From positions 806,001-870,000 of the forward strand of contig OX597825.1 of NCBI GenBank assembly GCA_951406725.2: 64,000 nucleotides of DNA, written 5' to 3'. Origin of the DNA: Octopus vulgaris (Eukaryota). A program made the position numbers and the translations under genes. Below the pieces are notes generated by a model. It saw nothing but the letters and a program-made list of their open reading frames with translations, made no database searches and was not told the DNA's origin. This document shows positions 38,667-52,416 of the stretch, piece by piece (positions within the stretch are counted from its first letter, which is position 1; each line of letters starts with the position of its first letter).

Positions 38667-38851
38667 CTAGCATGGGTTGGACGATTTGACTGAGGGCTGG
38701 TGAACCAGATGGCTGCACCAGGCTTCAATCTTGATCTGGCAGAGTTTCTACAAGGACATCTAGCTGTAGAAATTCTGCCAGATCAAGATTGGAGCCTGGT
38801 TCAGCCATCTGGTTCACCAGCCCTCAGTCAAATCGTCCAACCCATGCTAGC
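38666..38851. repeat. Near-perfect 87-bp-arm hairpin made of RTE 3'-tail sequence
   Basis: 38666-38752 versus 38765-38851, 3 mismatches by eye, 12-nt spacer. Confidence 0.95.
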
Positions 38852-39878
38852 ATGGAAAGCGGATGTTAAACGATGATGATGATGTATATATACAAGTACA
38901 AACTTCCCTCCGGTGAGTAAGGGTGCAAATCAGCAGCAACATTAATAAGAGTTAAAAGAACTCTTAGCCACAGGCAAGCGCTTATCTATTGATTGACAAG
39001 GGAGACCAACCTCCCCACAGCAAGAAGTGTTAAATCATCAATGATTTCAGATTGAGTTAACTCTCATTAAGGACCCTTACTCCATTGCCACGGTTGGAGG
39101 GGATTCCCCTTCTCAGTTTATAGCAATTACCTTAGGAAGAAGCATTTGAGGATTTGGTCAACTGGTCAAGTGAAAATTATAAATTACTGAGGCAGTTATC
39201 CGAAATTTAAAAACCAAAAGGCCCAAGTACAAACATCCCTAAAGCAACCAAGGGTGCAAATCAGCATCGCTAGAAATGTATGAGCTTTGCTGTGGCTAAC
39301 AGTTGATTTGACTCTTCTTTCCATGGCATATAAGTAACGAAGATCACAACAATCCCTCTGAGTAGGATGCTGGCTCATCACGGGGCCACTCATTTACAGC
39401 TGAGTGGCCGAGGAGAACAACATGAAATGAAATGTCCTTCTCAAGAACACAGTGCACTACTTGGTCTGGGAATTGAAACCTTGCTCTTGTGATTGTGAGT
39501 GCAATACCCTCAACTACAAGGCTGTGCACCTTCACAAATTTATTTAGTGGCTGGTAATATTAGTTTCAAATTTTGGCTCGAGGCCAGCAATTTCAGTATG
39601 CTAACGATTAGTGCCTCATGGTATTAAAACTGCAATGTGCGTTGTACTGATGATTCATGACTTATTATAATCAAGAACAAAAGTTCATTCTTTGGAAGGC
39701 GACTGGCATTATCGCGGGGTCAACAATCTTGCTTAGCAGCCATTTTGTTCTGGTTTTAATCCTGCTGCGAGACACCTTCAGCAAGCACCTGCGAGCTAAT
39801 CTCAGATTGATTGACGCTTTACAAGTAAAACTTGGGAGATGAAATCAGTTTGAAAGTCAGCAGGGTCAGTTATGCCTG

Positions 39879-39912
<34 letters not shown>

Positions 39913-40524
39913 ACACATTTGTGTGTATTTCTTTGCAGAGTTCAAGGAGGCGTAAAACTTTTATTTGAGAAAATACAGCTTCTGGTACATGTGAATGTGT
40001 GAATGAGACTGTTCCTACATATGTGACATGACAGTGTCATGCCATATTATACTGTATGTATGCATGTATCATCATCATCATCAACATCATTGTTTAATGT
40101 CTGCTTTCCATGCTGGCATGGGTTGGATGGTTTGACTAAGGACTGGCAAGCTAGGAGGCTGCACCAAGCTCCAATCTGATCTGGCAATGTTTCTACAGCT
40201 AGATGCCCTTCCTAATGCCAACCACTTCGAGAGTGTAGTGGGTGCATTTTACATGCCTCTGGCACAGGAGCCAGTTAGGTGGCACTGGCATCGATCACAC
40301 TTGAATGGTGCTTTTTACATGCCAGTCTGGCAGAACTGGCATGTCACGCTCGAATGGTGCTTTTTATGTGCCACCAGTACGGGAGTCAGTCATGCGACAC
40401 TGGCATCCGCCATGACTATGATTCCACTTGGCTCAACAGGTCTTCCCAAGCACAGCATATTGCCTAACAATTGAAGAAGGGTACTTTTAAATGGGCCAGT
40501 AATGTGATAGTGGCATTGGCCATG

Positions 40525-40800
40525 GTGGAGTATACTAACTTCATTTCTTTCAAGCCTAAGCATGTCCTCATCAACCACAGCTCATGTTTCACTGCTGTGT
40601 AGCATGGCTGTTCACACACAGGCATCATACAATCTACCTTTCAATCTGAGTGAGAGGCCCTTTACTACCAGCAGAGGTAGGAGCCTAGGCTATTCTTATT
40701 AAAATATGCTCTCAGAGCATCAACTCCCACTACTGACTTGGTCACCTAGGTAACGGAAGCTATCAACTACTTCTGGTTTTTCCCCTGGCATGTGATGGAA
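40525..40800 (-). mobile_element. RTE LINE fragment, RT C-terminal region, degraded
   Basis: Minus strand reads EVVDSFRYLGDQ, LPLLVVKGLSLRLKGRLYDACV and EDMLRLERNE; it continues into the RTE 3' tail at 40069-40510. Confidence 0.8.
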
Positions 40801-40844
40801 TCTGTTTTCGGTACATCTTTGGTATTTGTTGTTCAAAAGCTTCT

Positions 40845-41364
40845 TGTCCTTAAAGGCTTGGGATAAAAATTGGCCCTTTCTCATCTATTAGAAATAGCAA
40901 ATGTCTTCATACACTACCTGCCTGATAAGAAACTCAGACACTCCCATGTCCCTGGCAATGGACCTGATTGACTTGGAGGGATCATTATCAATCATGGCCT
41001 GGGTCCCACCAACAAATTCAGGAGTTCTTTTCTTATCAGAACGATCAGAGTGAGTTTTCTGAGCTGCCGTCCCTTCGTAATCAGCAATAGACTCATCTAG
41101 CTCTTTCCAAATCCTCTGCATTGTCCTCAGATTGACACCCAAACACTCTGAAATGTTTCTATTGGAGCTTCCTGCACAAATGCCAAGCAGTACAGCATGT
41201 TGTTTCAAAATTTCTGGCAGAGTGAATTGCATCATAATACTGTTTTTCTCACAGACAGTACCCAACTGACCCTGTTATACTGTGTAGTCGACAAAATAAA
41301 AAACAAAAAATGTGCATGTACAAAATTAAAAATATAAACTGGTGACAATTTACCCATTGCACTC

Positions 41365-41366
<2 letters not shown>
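40845..41366 (-). mobile_element. DD37D/maT-like transposon 5' fragment (TIR plus DNA-binding domain)
   Basis: ORF 40888-41265: ISECLGVNLRTMQRIWK..RSDKKRTPEFV..IDNDPSKSIRSIARDMGVSEFLIRQVVYEDI (bipartite HTH). TIR-like start cagagtgcaatgggtaaattgtcacc at 41366-41341. Confidence 0.82.
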
Positions 41367-41396
<30 letters not shown>

Positions 41397-41451
41397 CATC
41401 CTTTAATTTTGTTTACAGGAAACATTTTGAATATGTATATAAAAGCTCCTG

Positions 41452-41730
41452 TGGAGGCACATAGCCTAGTGGTTAGAGCTGTGGACTCACAGTTGAGAGA
41501 TCATGGGTTCGAATCTCAGACCGGGCGATGTGTGTGTTTATGAGTGAAACACCTAAGCTCCATGGTGCTCCAGCAGAAGGTATTGGTGAACTTCCACTGA
41601 TGCTTTCCCCATAACTTTCTCTCACTCTTTCCTCCTGCATCTAGCAGCTCACCTGTAATGGATTGGTATCCCATCCAGGTGGGAAACCAGCCCTTACGAA
41701 CCAGGCATGGCTTGTGAGGGAACAAACAAC
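41452..41730 (+). mobile_element. tRNA-derived SINE with D-like head and a different 3' half
   Basis: tggaggcacatagcctagtggttagag..gggttcgaatctcagaccgggcg head; 3' half has cctgtaatggattggtatcccatccagg. Flanked by tgta(ta)aaagctcct-like repeats (~41435-41450 / 41732-41744). Confidence 0.75.
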
Positions 41731-41944
41731 ATGTAAAAGCTCCTATTCTATCATGTCAGCTACTGCCTCATGATGCCAATTGGTGATACCAGTTTTTTGG
41801 GGTTGCACCAAGCTGTGCTGCTATAATGTAGGATAAATGTAGTAATAATAATAATAATAATAATAATAATCCTTGGATGGAATTTATAAATATCTAAAAT
41901 ATTTAAAATATTCATAAATTACATCCAAGGATTATTATTGTTAT

Positions 41945-41978
<34 letters not shown>

Positions 41979-44900
41979 GCATATGCATACATACATGCAC
42001 ATAAACATGGGTTGTTGAATAATTCAGATCTACTGAAGAACGTCAAGAGTGACAACTCAGGAATCAAAATGAACGTAAGCTTGCAATGGAAACTTCGTCT
42101 GATGCTTGGCAAATACAGGGACAATATAAACCCAACTCGATGGACGAAAGTTTATATTTTTTTTACAATATACTAAACATCTTATGTTGGCAAAATTATA
42201 ACAAGATGAATGAATATTTTATCACAGACACAAATCAGAATCTTTGGTTTACCTGAATAGATTAAGAAATTGCAACCATTTAAAGTCCTTACGGAACTAT
42301 TAAATCATCAAAGCAGTTTCTATATTGTTGCTAGACTTGTTATAAAAATATCAGTCAAATCTCCTTCGAGTCACACCCTACTTTCTTACAAAATAGCCAA
42401 GTAGCCTTCAAATCGACCATACCCTTTAAAAATGAAAGACATGATGAATAATGTAGCCTTAAATAAAATTTTTGAAAATATTATGATGTAGTCATGGTTA
42501 GAATGCCATTTGATCAGAGGGCTGCTGGATCAAAGATGACCTGGGGTTAAACAATAACAGCAACTTAAAGAGAACAACAAACCATATGAACACAACAATT
42601 ATGATGGGAAGTCAGACCCTTGTGGACGCAGATGCACATATCAAAGAAATGTAAGAAGATATCAGTGTTGTTCCTACATTTGACTGAGAAGAAGAAGAAG
42701 AAGAAGAGAATATGAATGTGTGACTTGATGGAAGAGAAATTGCTGTGACCCAGGTGTTTCGTGCTTGGTGGGAAAATGGGAAGAAGTTATCGTCAGAGGT
42801 CTGGCATGAACGCTTGCTGCAGATGGATTCTGCTGAAGGTACCCAAAGGCTCAATGATGGTGCTAAATTGGGTGGTGAATTGAATCTATTATCCAGAACG
42901 ATTGGTGATCGACTTTTCATTGGCATAACAATACCCTACCCTCATAGATCTGCAAGCAATAGATGAAATCCATGCCAGCTGGGTTTGAAATATCAGCCTC
43001 TCCTGCATCAACTGCAACAAACTTCAAAAAATCAGCAGTATATAACAGGTAGAATAAACATGGCATTGAACTTTCCCCTCACAGTGGTGTTAAAATACAG
43101 TGGATATAGTCCTGATGAAAGAACACAAGTGACTTAACATATTGTGCTGATTCACACAAAAAATAAATGAATAAAAATAGGAGTCAAATCTCCCTCAAAA
43201 TCTTCATCTCACAATGGAAAGGTTACATTTGATAATTTAGAACTGGATGGTGTTCACTGCCTGAAAGAAAAAGATGTCTGGAATACTTTTAATTGTATAT
43301 TTGTTCAATTTGGGCTGACCTGAAGTTAAATAACAGCTACTATCAGTAAAATACACAAGTCAGCTAGGGAACTTCTATGTGGTCACTCATACTGCAAGAA
43401 TTAGCAGTCAAATAACCCTCAAACCACATCTTACTAACTTAAAAGGAGAAAGATGCATCTGATAATGTTGTCCCGAATGCACAGGTCTTAGAAAAAAAAA
43501 AAAACAGAAGAAAAGAAAGATAAAAAATGCTGACAGTGTTTGAGCTAAACAATGACAACAACCAAAATAGATAAAGTGAAAGAGAGCACATTGACATGCA
43601 AGGAATGGTTGTAGATGATGCTATAATCTGTTTTAATCACACATTTCCTGAAACTACACATTCAAATCACCTGAAATTCTCATAGATATAATGCCATCAC
43701 ACCAGAACATTATGATAAATGTATCCTTGTATCTCCCCAGAACAGAATTTCTGCAAGTTAACTTCAGTAACATCTCATCTTAAGTTTATTTGTTTATGAA
43801 GTCAATTTAGAAAAATTATGCATAATTATCAAAAAAGAGGTAAACATACAGTGATGTTTATAGTGAACAAATAATTTTTCTTTTGCCTTGCTGTGAAGAG
43901 AAGATACTGTATTACAACCACATTTTTGTCTCTATGACCAGAAAAAGGAGACAGACGTGACTAGTTTTTCCTTTCTTACTGCTTCATCAGTGACCGATCA
44001 CTCATTTTCCCACTCGTAAATTAAATAGTATCTTACGACTATTTATAGTATACATAAACTTGAACAAAACTAAACTGATCTGCCTTAATTTTCATTAAGA
44101 TGGTACATCTGTTAATAACATTTAATTAAATGATGATGATGATGTACACAACAACATTCGGATAAACAGAGATAAAAGGTCGAATTATGACTGTGTGTTA
44201 ATAGTAAACATGCTTTTAACTTAGCAGTGAAAAATAGGTACTTTTCAATTGCAACCAGAAAAATTTATTCTAAATACACCCATAAGTTTGAACTAATATC
44301 ACTAGTTATCCTAATGTTGTTTGGTGTAGTGCTTCTCTGTGTTAATTAAACATTTCCAAAGCTTGCATTTATGATTATTTATATTAGAACAGGTCAATTT
44401 AATTTTATCCAAGTTTGTATGTACTGTAAACAGTTATAGGCTACTGTGTTCTCTCTATATATAAGGCTACTATGTTCTCTATAGTTAAGGAAATGAGTGA
44501 CCTTCCCTAACGAAGCAATAAAAACACTGAAATGTGACTTTTTTTCTGGTCCCAGAAATAGGAAAATGGGGTTCAACCAGAGTATGTACTTTTCATAAGA
44601 GAGGCTAAAGTGTGTTTAATATAAACAAACACTCATAAATGTACCTGACATTTGTTTATATATACAAATACAGTGTGGGGCACCTGTTAATTATGCTGTT
44701 GTCTACATTAAAATGTCACCAATTTGTAATTATCATTCAGATGAAATGGTTTGTAATTGATAAAACAATGGTAAACAATATTTAAAAACAAATTGCTCTT
44801 CCTACATGTTCAATGGAGCAGCTTGCTGGATATAACGACCAAATGTCTATCAAAATCACAACCTACCATCATAAAGAAAGAAGGGCACTTTAAATAATGT

Positions 44901-46204
44901 TGTTCTAGATACACGTCTGAAAATAAGAGGGGATGATCATGGCTGGAATATCCTTGATCATAGATCTGTTTCATCATGGTTGACATGAGGCTAAACAATA
45001 ATGACAACAATAATAATAATAGCAACAACACTACATTGTTTGATGAGATAATGAGGTGGGTGGGGGCCCAATGTGTGGTTGTTTGACCTGCTAGAAATAG
45101 CAGTAGAATTTCACTGAAACCACACCGTACTGTTTTAGAAAAATGATGGACAAATTAGAAAGACATAATGTGGTATTAGATACATTGTATCTGAAAAGAA
45201 AAAAAACCCAAAAAATAAAAGAAAGAAAAATAGACAGGGTCAGTCATGACTGGAATGCTTTTCATCATAGGTTTCCTGGATCAAGGATAGTCTGGATATA
45301 AACAACAACAACAATGGTAACAACAACAACAACAACAGCAACCACATTATTTGATGAAAATATGTCTGATATAAGAGAAAGTGAGAGTGAATGTTTTCCA
45401 AATTTCAGTTCTAAAAAGACGACAGACAGATAAAGCTGCAATGAAAACAGTTTTGAGAGAATGACTTCATTGAAAGTTAATAATTGACTCTAATATATCA
45501 GAGAGTTACAAGGATGAAATGATTTGTGATAAGACTGCTTGCATGTTTATAAATAAGTGGTGTGCAATGCTATAAATTTAGAAGATAAAGTGAGGTGGAC
45601 GACTGACGAAGGAAACTATTTCCAGAAATGCGAACAGCAGTTTTAATTGTTGACTGATTAAAGCTCTTTCTTCCTCTAACATGATTATTAAAGTCTTTGT
45701 AGTTGCCTCACCCGAGGGTGGGGTGCGGTGGTCGTGGGAGGAATGGAAAATTATAGTTGATGTTTAGATATGGAGTAAAATGAAGATATTTTCTGAATGT
45801 TTGTGTCTCTTTCATTCCTCGTTTGAATTAACAGATAAGCACATAAATAGATGTCAGTGGACAGTTATGATGTAGATGCTGCACTTCTAGAGCAACATCA
45901 ATTGTGTTGGTGTTGGGCAACACCTGTGTGAGTTTTGTTCTAACTGATAATATATTGTAAAGTTATGTGAAAGGGGAAAAGTTATTTGACCGAGATCAAT
46001 TCTAGTTCTGTTTGGCAATAGACTCTAGCTTGTTATTATGTTGCATGACTGTGGAAAGGAAAAGACAGAATAAAATAAAATAAAAGAGATAATCCATAGA
46101 AAAAGAAAAAAATAATGGAAATGAAGAAACTGACAGGAAAGGAAAAAAGTATGAAAAAATGTTTTGAATTTTTAGAATTATTTCAATAATCATAAATATT
46201 TCCA

Positions 46205-46525
46205 ATAAATGCAATTATTTTGATAATCATAATTGTTTCAATAATTACAATTATTTCAGTAATTACAGTTATCTCAATAATCACAATAATCACAATTGCT
46301 TTAATAATCACAAATATTTCAATAATAATTACCTCAATAATCACAATTACTTTAATAACACAATTATTTCAGCAATTATTTCTCAATAATTACAATTATT
46401 TCAATAATCCCAATTACTTCAACAATTACAAGTATCTCAAGAATTACAATATTTTCAATAATTACAATTATTTTAATATCATACACAGTTATTTCGATGA
46501 TTATAATTATTTCAATAATCACAAT
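46205..46525. repeat. AT-rich minisatellite, ~18-bp unit tcaataattacaattatt
   Basis: Repeated aataat(t/c)acaattatttc units; explains ORF 46220-46555. Confidence 0.8.
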
Positions 46526-47399
46526 AGATTTCGGGAATATTCACACGGTAAATAAAAATAGAAGAAAAACCTTTGACAAAAATTACAAACTAGAATGAAG
46601 GTTCTGACAAAGCATGAGGTACTTTTTCTTAAAGAGACTGTACTCTAGTAGATTAGATCTAATCTAGCAGACACAAGTGATAGACTAGCAGAAAAAATAC
46701 TTTGCAGCATTTGGTGAAGGACTTTTATATTCTTATTTCAAATCATGCTGAAGTCAACTTTACTTTTTATCCTGCTGAAGTCAACAAAATAAAGTACTAG
46801 TGCAATACTAATGTTGATTTAACATAACCACTGAGAGCTCCCTGCACCCAAGGTTCCTTTAGGCAAGAGACTGTGGGTGGAAAAAAATCTACTTGATGTT
46901 GTTTGCATTTTAAGGGCTGATAATGGTGTGAATCTAAATGGCCACATTGTTCCCATGAGGAGCAACAACCCCTAAGTATTATTAGCTGGGATAAATGGCA
47001 CATCCCTCATTATGTACTTGATACAATCTGATAGATGTAGAAAATGAAGATATTAATGTTGCTTATTTTATGAAGCCTGACAGAAGAAATGAAAATTTGG
47101 CTTTTATTTAAGGTTTGGTCAAAGGGAAAAGGAAATGCCTATGTCATTCATAAACTCTTTGAAACAGATGGGCAAGTCAATTCTAGTCGTTTTGGAAAGG
47201 AAGGTTTGGGTATAGCGGTTAGTGTAGAATTTGAGGGTTGAGGAGACAGGGCACCTCCCAAAACATCAAATCAGGTGGTCTACTGTTCTGTGACATAACA
47301 GAGAATAAAAGAGAGATCTTTACATGAAAATATCTAGGATGAGAATTAAAGATAAAAAGACTGAAAGGTTACAAGAAGAGAATTTAAAGTAAGGACATT

Positions 47400-48060
47400 T
47401 GTATGAAGAATCACAGCCAGTTGTGAATTCAACAGAATATGAATTCAACAGAAACTATTCCACCATTTGAAGACTTCATAATTTGTATTCCGTCATCAAA
47501 GCTGCATTTGACTTTCACTCACGAAAGATGGTTTAGTCATCCTAGATTTCAGTGGTGCAGTTCAACACTGTAAATAACTGGAACACTATATAATCAATGA
47601 GTGTTTTTAGTTTGTAGTGCTAGAATCAAATCCATCCATAGGTCTGGAGGAAGCAAAATCAAATAAAACAGGTTTTACATTGGTTTTTAATGACTTAGAG
47701 GAGAATGGCTGTGCTGTTGACCCTTTTCAGACTCTCTAGGAAAGGTGAAAGGAAGAGAGAAAATTGTTTCCAGATTAGAGACCAGGCCTGAATGCTTGTA
47801 AGAAAATTTTGATCAGAGATTGAGCCAACGAAAGTAGATTCTTCCACTGTTTTCTTAGAGATGTTGCTTAAACACTTTGAACTATGTATATTATGTTGTG
47901 AACTATCAAACATTTTGCTTTTAATCATATTTCCATAAATACAGACAATGTGCATTCACGCTTCATCTTTATAAAGAAATTTGTAATTTAGACAGTTCAG
48001 TTTAAATGAGTTGTTTTCTTTAGCTGTTCTTATTCATTGAACTTGTACTTTGAGGTTCCG
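47400..48060 (-). mobile_element. Possible degraded PLE GIY-YIG region
   Basis: Minus strand NCLNYKFLY (NVVYKFxC-like) and a downstream LESL segment; weak similarity only. Confidence 0.25.
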
Positions 48061-49821
48061 TAGTGACCCGGAGTATTTCTTCTAGCTTAATTAAATAATT
48101 TCGATATTGGTATTATTCATCATTTCATCTCTCTCTCTCTCTCTCTCTGTTGTGATTCCTCATTGTCTTACAACAACAATTATACTAAACCCCTACGAGT
48201 CAGTAGTGGTGTTTTATTGAGTGATAGATTCAGCTTCGAAAAAACAAAAATAATGTACCCCTGTGAAATTTGCACACATTTTTCCATCTACCAAATTCCA
48301 CTCACAACGTTTTGGTCAACCTGAAGCAATTGTTGAAGACATAGTGGGATCAAATGTGAAATCACATAGTTACAAAGTAAACTTTTTAACCCCATGGTCA
48401 TTTTGTTTTTATCACATGACATGGAAACCTTTTGCAAGGAATTGAAAAATATAATTTTGATTCTAAATGTTGAATTATTGGTTAATGAAGTTGATATGCT
48501 ACGAGTTCTTGGACTCTTTAGTTTTTGATTTTTAGTCATTATAACTAAGGCCACACTGGAGTATTGGCTTGGGATATAAAAGACAGAATGGTAAAATGGT
48601 AAAATGTTCAAGGTAGGTAGTTATTGGGATTATGATTGTCTTGACTAAAGTGAATGTTTATATTTACACCTTCAGAACTTGATTGTCTTAATTCCAAACA
48701 AACATAGAAGTTCTCTTGGTCCCTCTACTCTTGACCCAGTGAAACATCCTGGATGTGACTGTTGGAAGGAGCACGCAGTTAGTATTCGTTTCAGATGAGT
48801 AAACTGCAGTAATGTGAAATGATGTGCCTTGCTCAAGAATACAACACACCATCTGATCTAGGAATTGAAGCCATGCTTAAAATTGTGAGACTAACACTAT
48901 GATCACTAGGATACTTGCTTTCATGATTAGTATTGTAAAGGATAAGAAGATTAGTAATCTAGAAAATTTTAATCTTGATAAGAGTATTAATTGTTAAATT
49001 CTTATAACCACAAGTACTTTAATATAACAATTATTGGGATTAATATGTTCAAAGATAAAAGATTGTTTTCAATTTTTACAGCTACACAAAGTTTTGAGCA
49101 GTTTGATCCTCATCAGATGTCTTTCCATTTCTGGTTGTGAAGCAGGAAGCATTATTTTTCAATTAAGAGTAATAACACTCTTCGTTAGAAGACTGCTGAT
49201 GCATATGATCTAAAGATGTGATTAATTGTTTGCAATCGTTAGCTGTGACCTTCCTGAAATAATGTCTTCTAGGGTTATAATCAATTATATTGACAACAGC
49301 ATTTTCCCTGGGACTTATTTTAAACGATTTTGGAAGAAGAGAAACAAAGTTGACTTGAGGATAAAAAGATATAATTAAGATGTAAAGGAACACATACAGC
49401 ATATAAAGTTGATTTTTGTTTGATTCTGCCCATGCCAGTCCAGGCAATATATTTAAATGATGATGAGGAGGATATCATTATCATCATTTAGCATTTGTTT
49501 TCTATGCTGGCATGGATTGGTCAGTTTGACCAGAGCTTGCAAGCTGAAGTGCTGCATGAGGCACTTCAGCTTCTGATTAGGCATGGTTTCTACAGCTGGA
49601 TGCCCTTCCAAGTGCCAACCACTACACAGAGTGTACTGGGTGCTCTTATGTGGCACTGCATAAGTGCTGCTATGTGATACTGGCATGAATGCTTTTTATA
49701 TGGTACAGTGTTCTTGCAGGTCAATCGTCAACCGGGGGGACTGACCTGTATCTTGGTCCCTTATCATCTCATCTGAAGGTTCAGCACCCTGAGGTCATCC
49801 TTTATATATAAATGTATATTC

Positions 49822-50181
49822 TTTTATTCTTTTACTTGTTTCAGTCATTTGACTGTGGCCATACTGGAGCACCACCTTTAGTCGAGGAAATCGACCCCAG
49901 GACTTATTCTTTGTAAGCCTAGTAGTTATTTTATCAGTTTCTTTTGCCTAACCGCTAAGTTACAGGGACGTAAACACACCAGCATTGGTTGTCAAGCGAT
50001 GTTGGGGGGGGGGAACAAACACAGACAAACAAAGATATACACACACATACACATATATATATACAATGGGCTTCTTTCAGTTTCCGTCTACCAAATCCAT
50101 TCAAAAGGCTTTGGTCGGCCCGAGGCTATAGTAGAAGACACTTGCCCAAGGTGCCACACAGTGGGACTGAACCCAAAACCA
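49822..50181 (-). mobile_element. SINE family A, well-preserved copy
   Basis: Closely matches 3774-4133 in reverse orientation; truncated at its head by the Penelope relic. Confidence 0.85.
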
Positions 50182-50189
50182 TATGAAAA

Positions 50190-50950
50190 GATGAACAGAC
50201 AAACAATTGGCATTGGTTTCAATCAGGGCATTTACATATTTAACCACAGAAAAGATATAAAAGCTAACTTCCTGGACATAACCTTGGAGTGAAACTCTTC
50301 ATTATACTCCCTGTACCATAAACTTAATGAGAATCTAAAATATATTAATATTCACTCCAATTACCACAGATTAAAAAGCATCATTAATAGAATCTTCATT
50401 AGAGTATCTAATCTTTCTGCAACTGAAGAAGTCTTTAATAACCACACCACAAGTGGATTTCCTCACAGAATAAAAAAAAATTCTTACGTAATACAAAACT
50501 TAAGAATTACCTAGTGCAGTTAGATCCTAATTCCAGACTCTTAGAGACCCACTAAAAATAAGAACATCCACCCCAATCCTCCACCACATAACATTTCACA
50601 GAACATGTCCACCTGCCTAATCCTAAACTCAAGAGAACACATATGATAGATAATCCTGGGGATGAAAATATACCACAGATATCCAACAAGAACAGGAATA
50701 TCATACCCTCACAATTACCAAACAAAAGCGGGAGGAGAAATACACTTTGATATACATTCTGCTTCCCTTGAAACTTTAAGGGCTTACCTAAGCAGTTTTT
50801 TTAGCATTATTAAATCTAGTTTCCTGTTACAGCATATGTACCGTTCAGTTTTTAAGTTATCCACTCTTAAATTAACCCATTCAGCTAGATCTAATATTGG
50901 ATTAATTATAGCCACTTCAAATTGGTGCAAAATCAATGGATATAATTCAC
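50190..50950 (+). mobile_element. Penelope-like retroelement (PLE) RT thumb/linker relic
   Basis: ANFLDITLE*NSSLYSLYHKLNENLKYINIHSN, RVSNLSATEEVFNNH and FFSIIKSSFLLQHMYRSVFKLSTLKLTHSARSNIGLIIATSN match the PLE pattern NFLDVTL..PYRKPN..YIN..SNHP..RIS.LS and FL.LI.KHFP..H..IFN..T.K.SYS..N...II..HN. Confidence 0.75.
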
Positions 50951-52416
50951 AAACCATAACAAACGGAAATAATAATAATGATACTTTTGCCTAACCCAAC
51001 AAACAACACAAAATGTCCTCCTCTTGTATTCGTAATTCTTTAGGACATTTCAATTTTATCACAAATGTAAACACAGTAATACGTATCCCTCTACACATAA
51101 TTCTTACATGCATGGAATAGTTCAACTTCAAATGTCTATTTAACTTATTTACATTAAATCAATATATTTACTTTATTTAGTTTTGTTTTAATCTGTTGCA
51201 CATCGTTATATTATTCATCTAGCGATTACTTATATTTTTATTCATCACAGAACTTACAATTTAAATTCTACCTATTTAAATTAAATTAATATATTTTCTT
51301 TATTTCCTTTTATGTAGTTTTAATTTGGTACACGTCACTTTATTATTCATCTAGTGACTACTTCATATATTTTCACTCTTCACTGAGCTTACATTTTAAA
51401 TACAACCTCTTCATAATTACAATTATCCAATCCTCTGGAACCCCATATTAGCTACTTGCTTTTTAACCTTGTACATGTCTTTCTTCTCTACCCTACAGCT
51501 TCTCCTCTTGATATTTAGTATAACCCCTTCCTTCCCACACACACTGCTTGAACCATCATGCCAAAACTGCTATTATTAGCAGATTTTCTTTATCCTGTCT
51601 GCTATCCTCAATACCTCGGCCCAACCCCAACCGCTGTCTGTTAATTCTAATGCATTTGCCACACTTGACATTGCCATTATACAATTGGCCGTTTTCATCC
51701 GTTGGCAATCAACCTCTGCCCTTCTACACTCCTACTCGCATTGACCATTCCATTTCTATGTATCTTCCTCTGACTCAAAAGTCTATATTTCCATCACCTG
51801 CGATGGACGTTAGTTCTTATCTACGCTCTTATCTTCATGACTCTATCTTTCCTTTCTACTGGTTAGCAGTAGACCTTCACAGCCGATCAACCTCATTCCC
51901 TCACTGATGATAGAACTCATCATTACAAACGTTCCTCGACAACCATTTGCTTCAGTTTCTTCTCTTTGAAGATGGAACACACTGCTGCTGTATGGACAGC
52001 TTATATTTGTTTGCAGAGAAATGCACCATATGCACCTCTCTTCTTGAAACTGTTGAGAAAGAGGGAGACTATCTGCTCACCTTTTTAATTCCCTTTTCCC
52101 TAAAGATCCACTCAAACCGATGCCAGTCGTTTGCCTGTTCATCTTTTCATTCTATTGTACATGTACCTGCTCCATGATAAAGTGTCTCTAACCATTCGTT
52201 GCCAGGCAGCCATAACACCACTGATTTTTCTTTTAGTCTCAGTTCAAACTGAGTCAACTTAAGCACTTATTGTGTGTATATATATATCTATAACAACACA
52301 AAATATGTGTTTATGTGTGTGTGTGAATAGTAACAATCTGAGGAAAAGAAATCCTTCAAATGGGTCCCTGGTACGTCAGCTGAATACCCTATAAATATTG
52401 GTATAATTCAATTATG

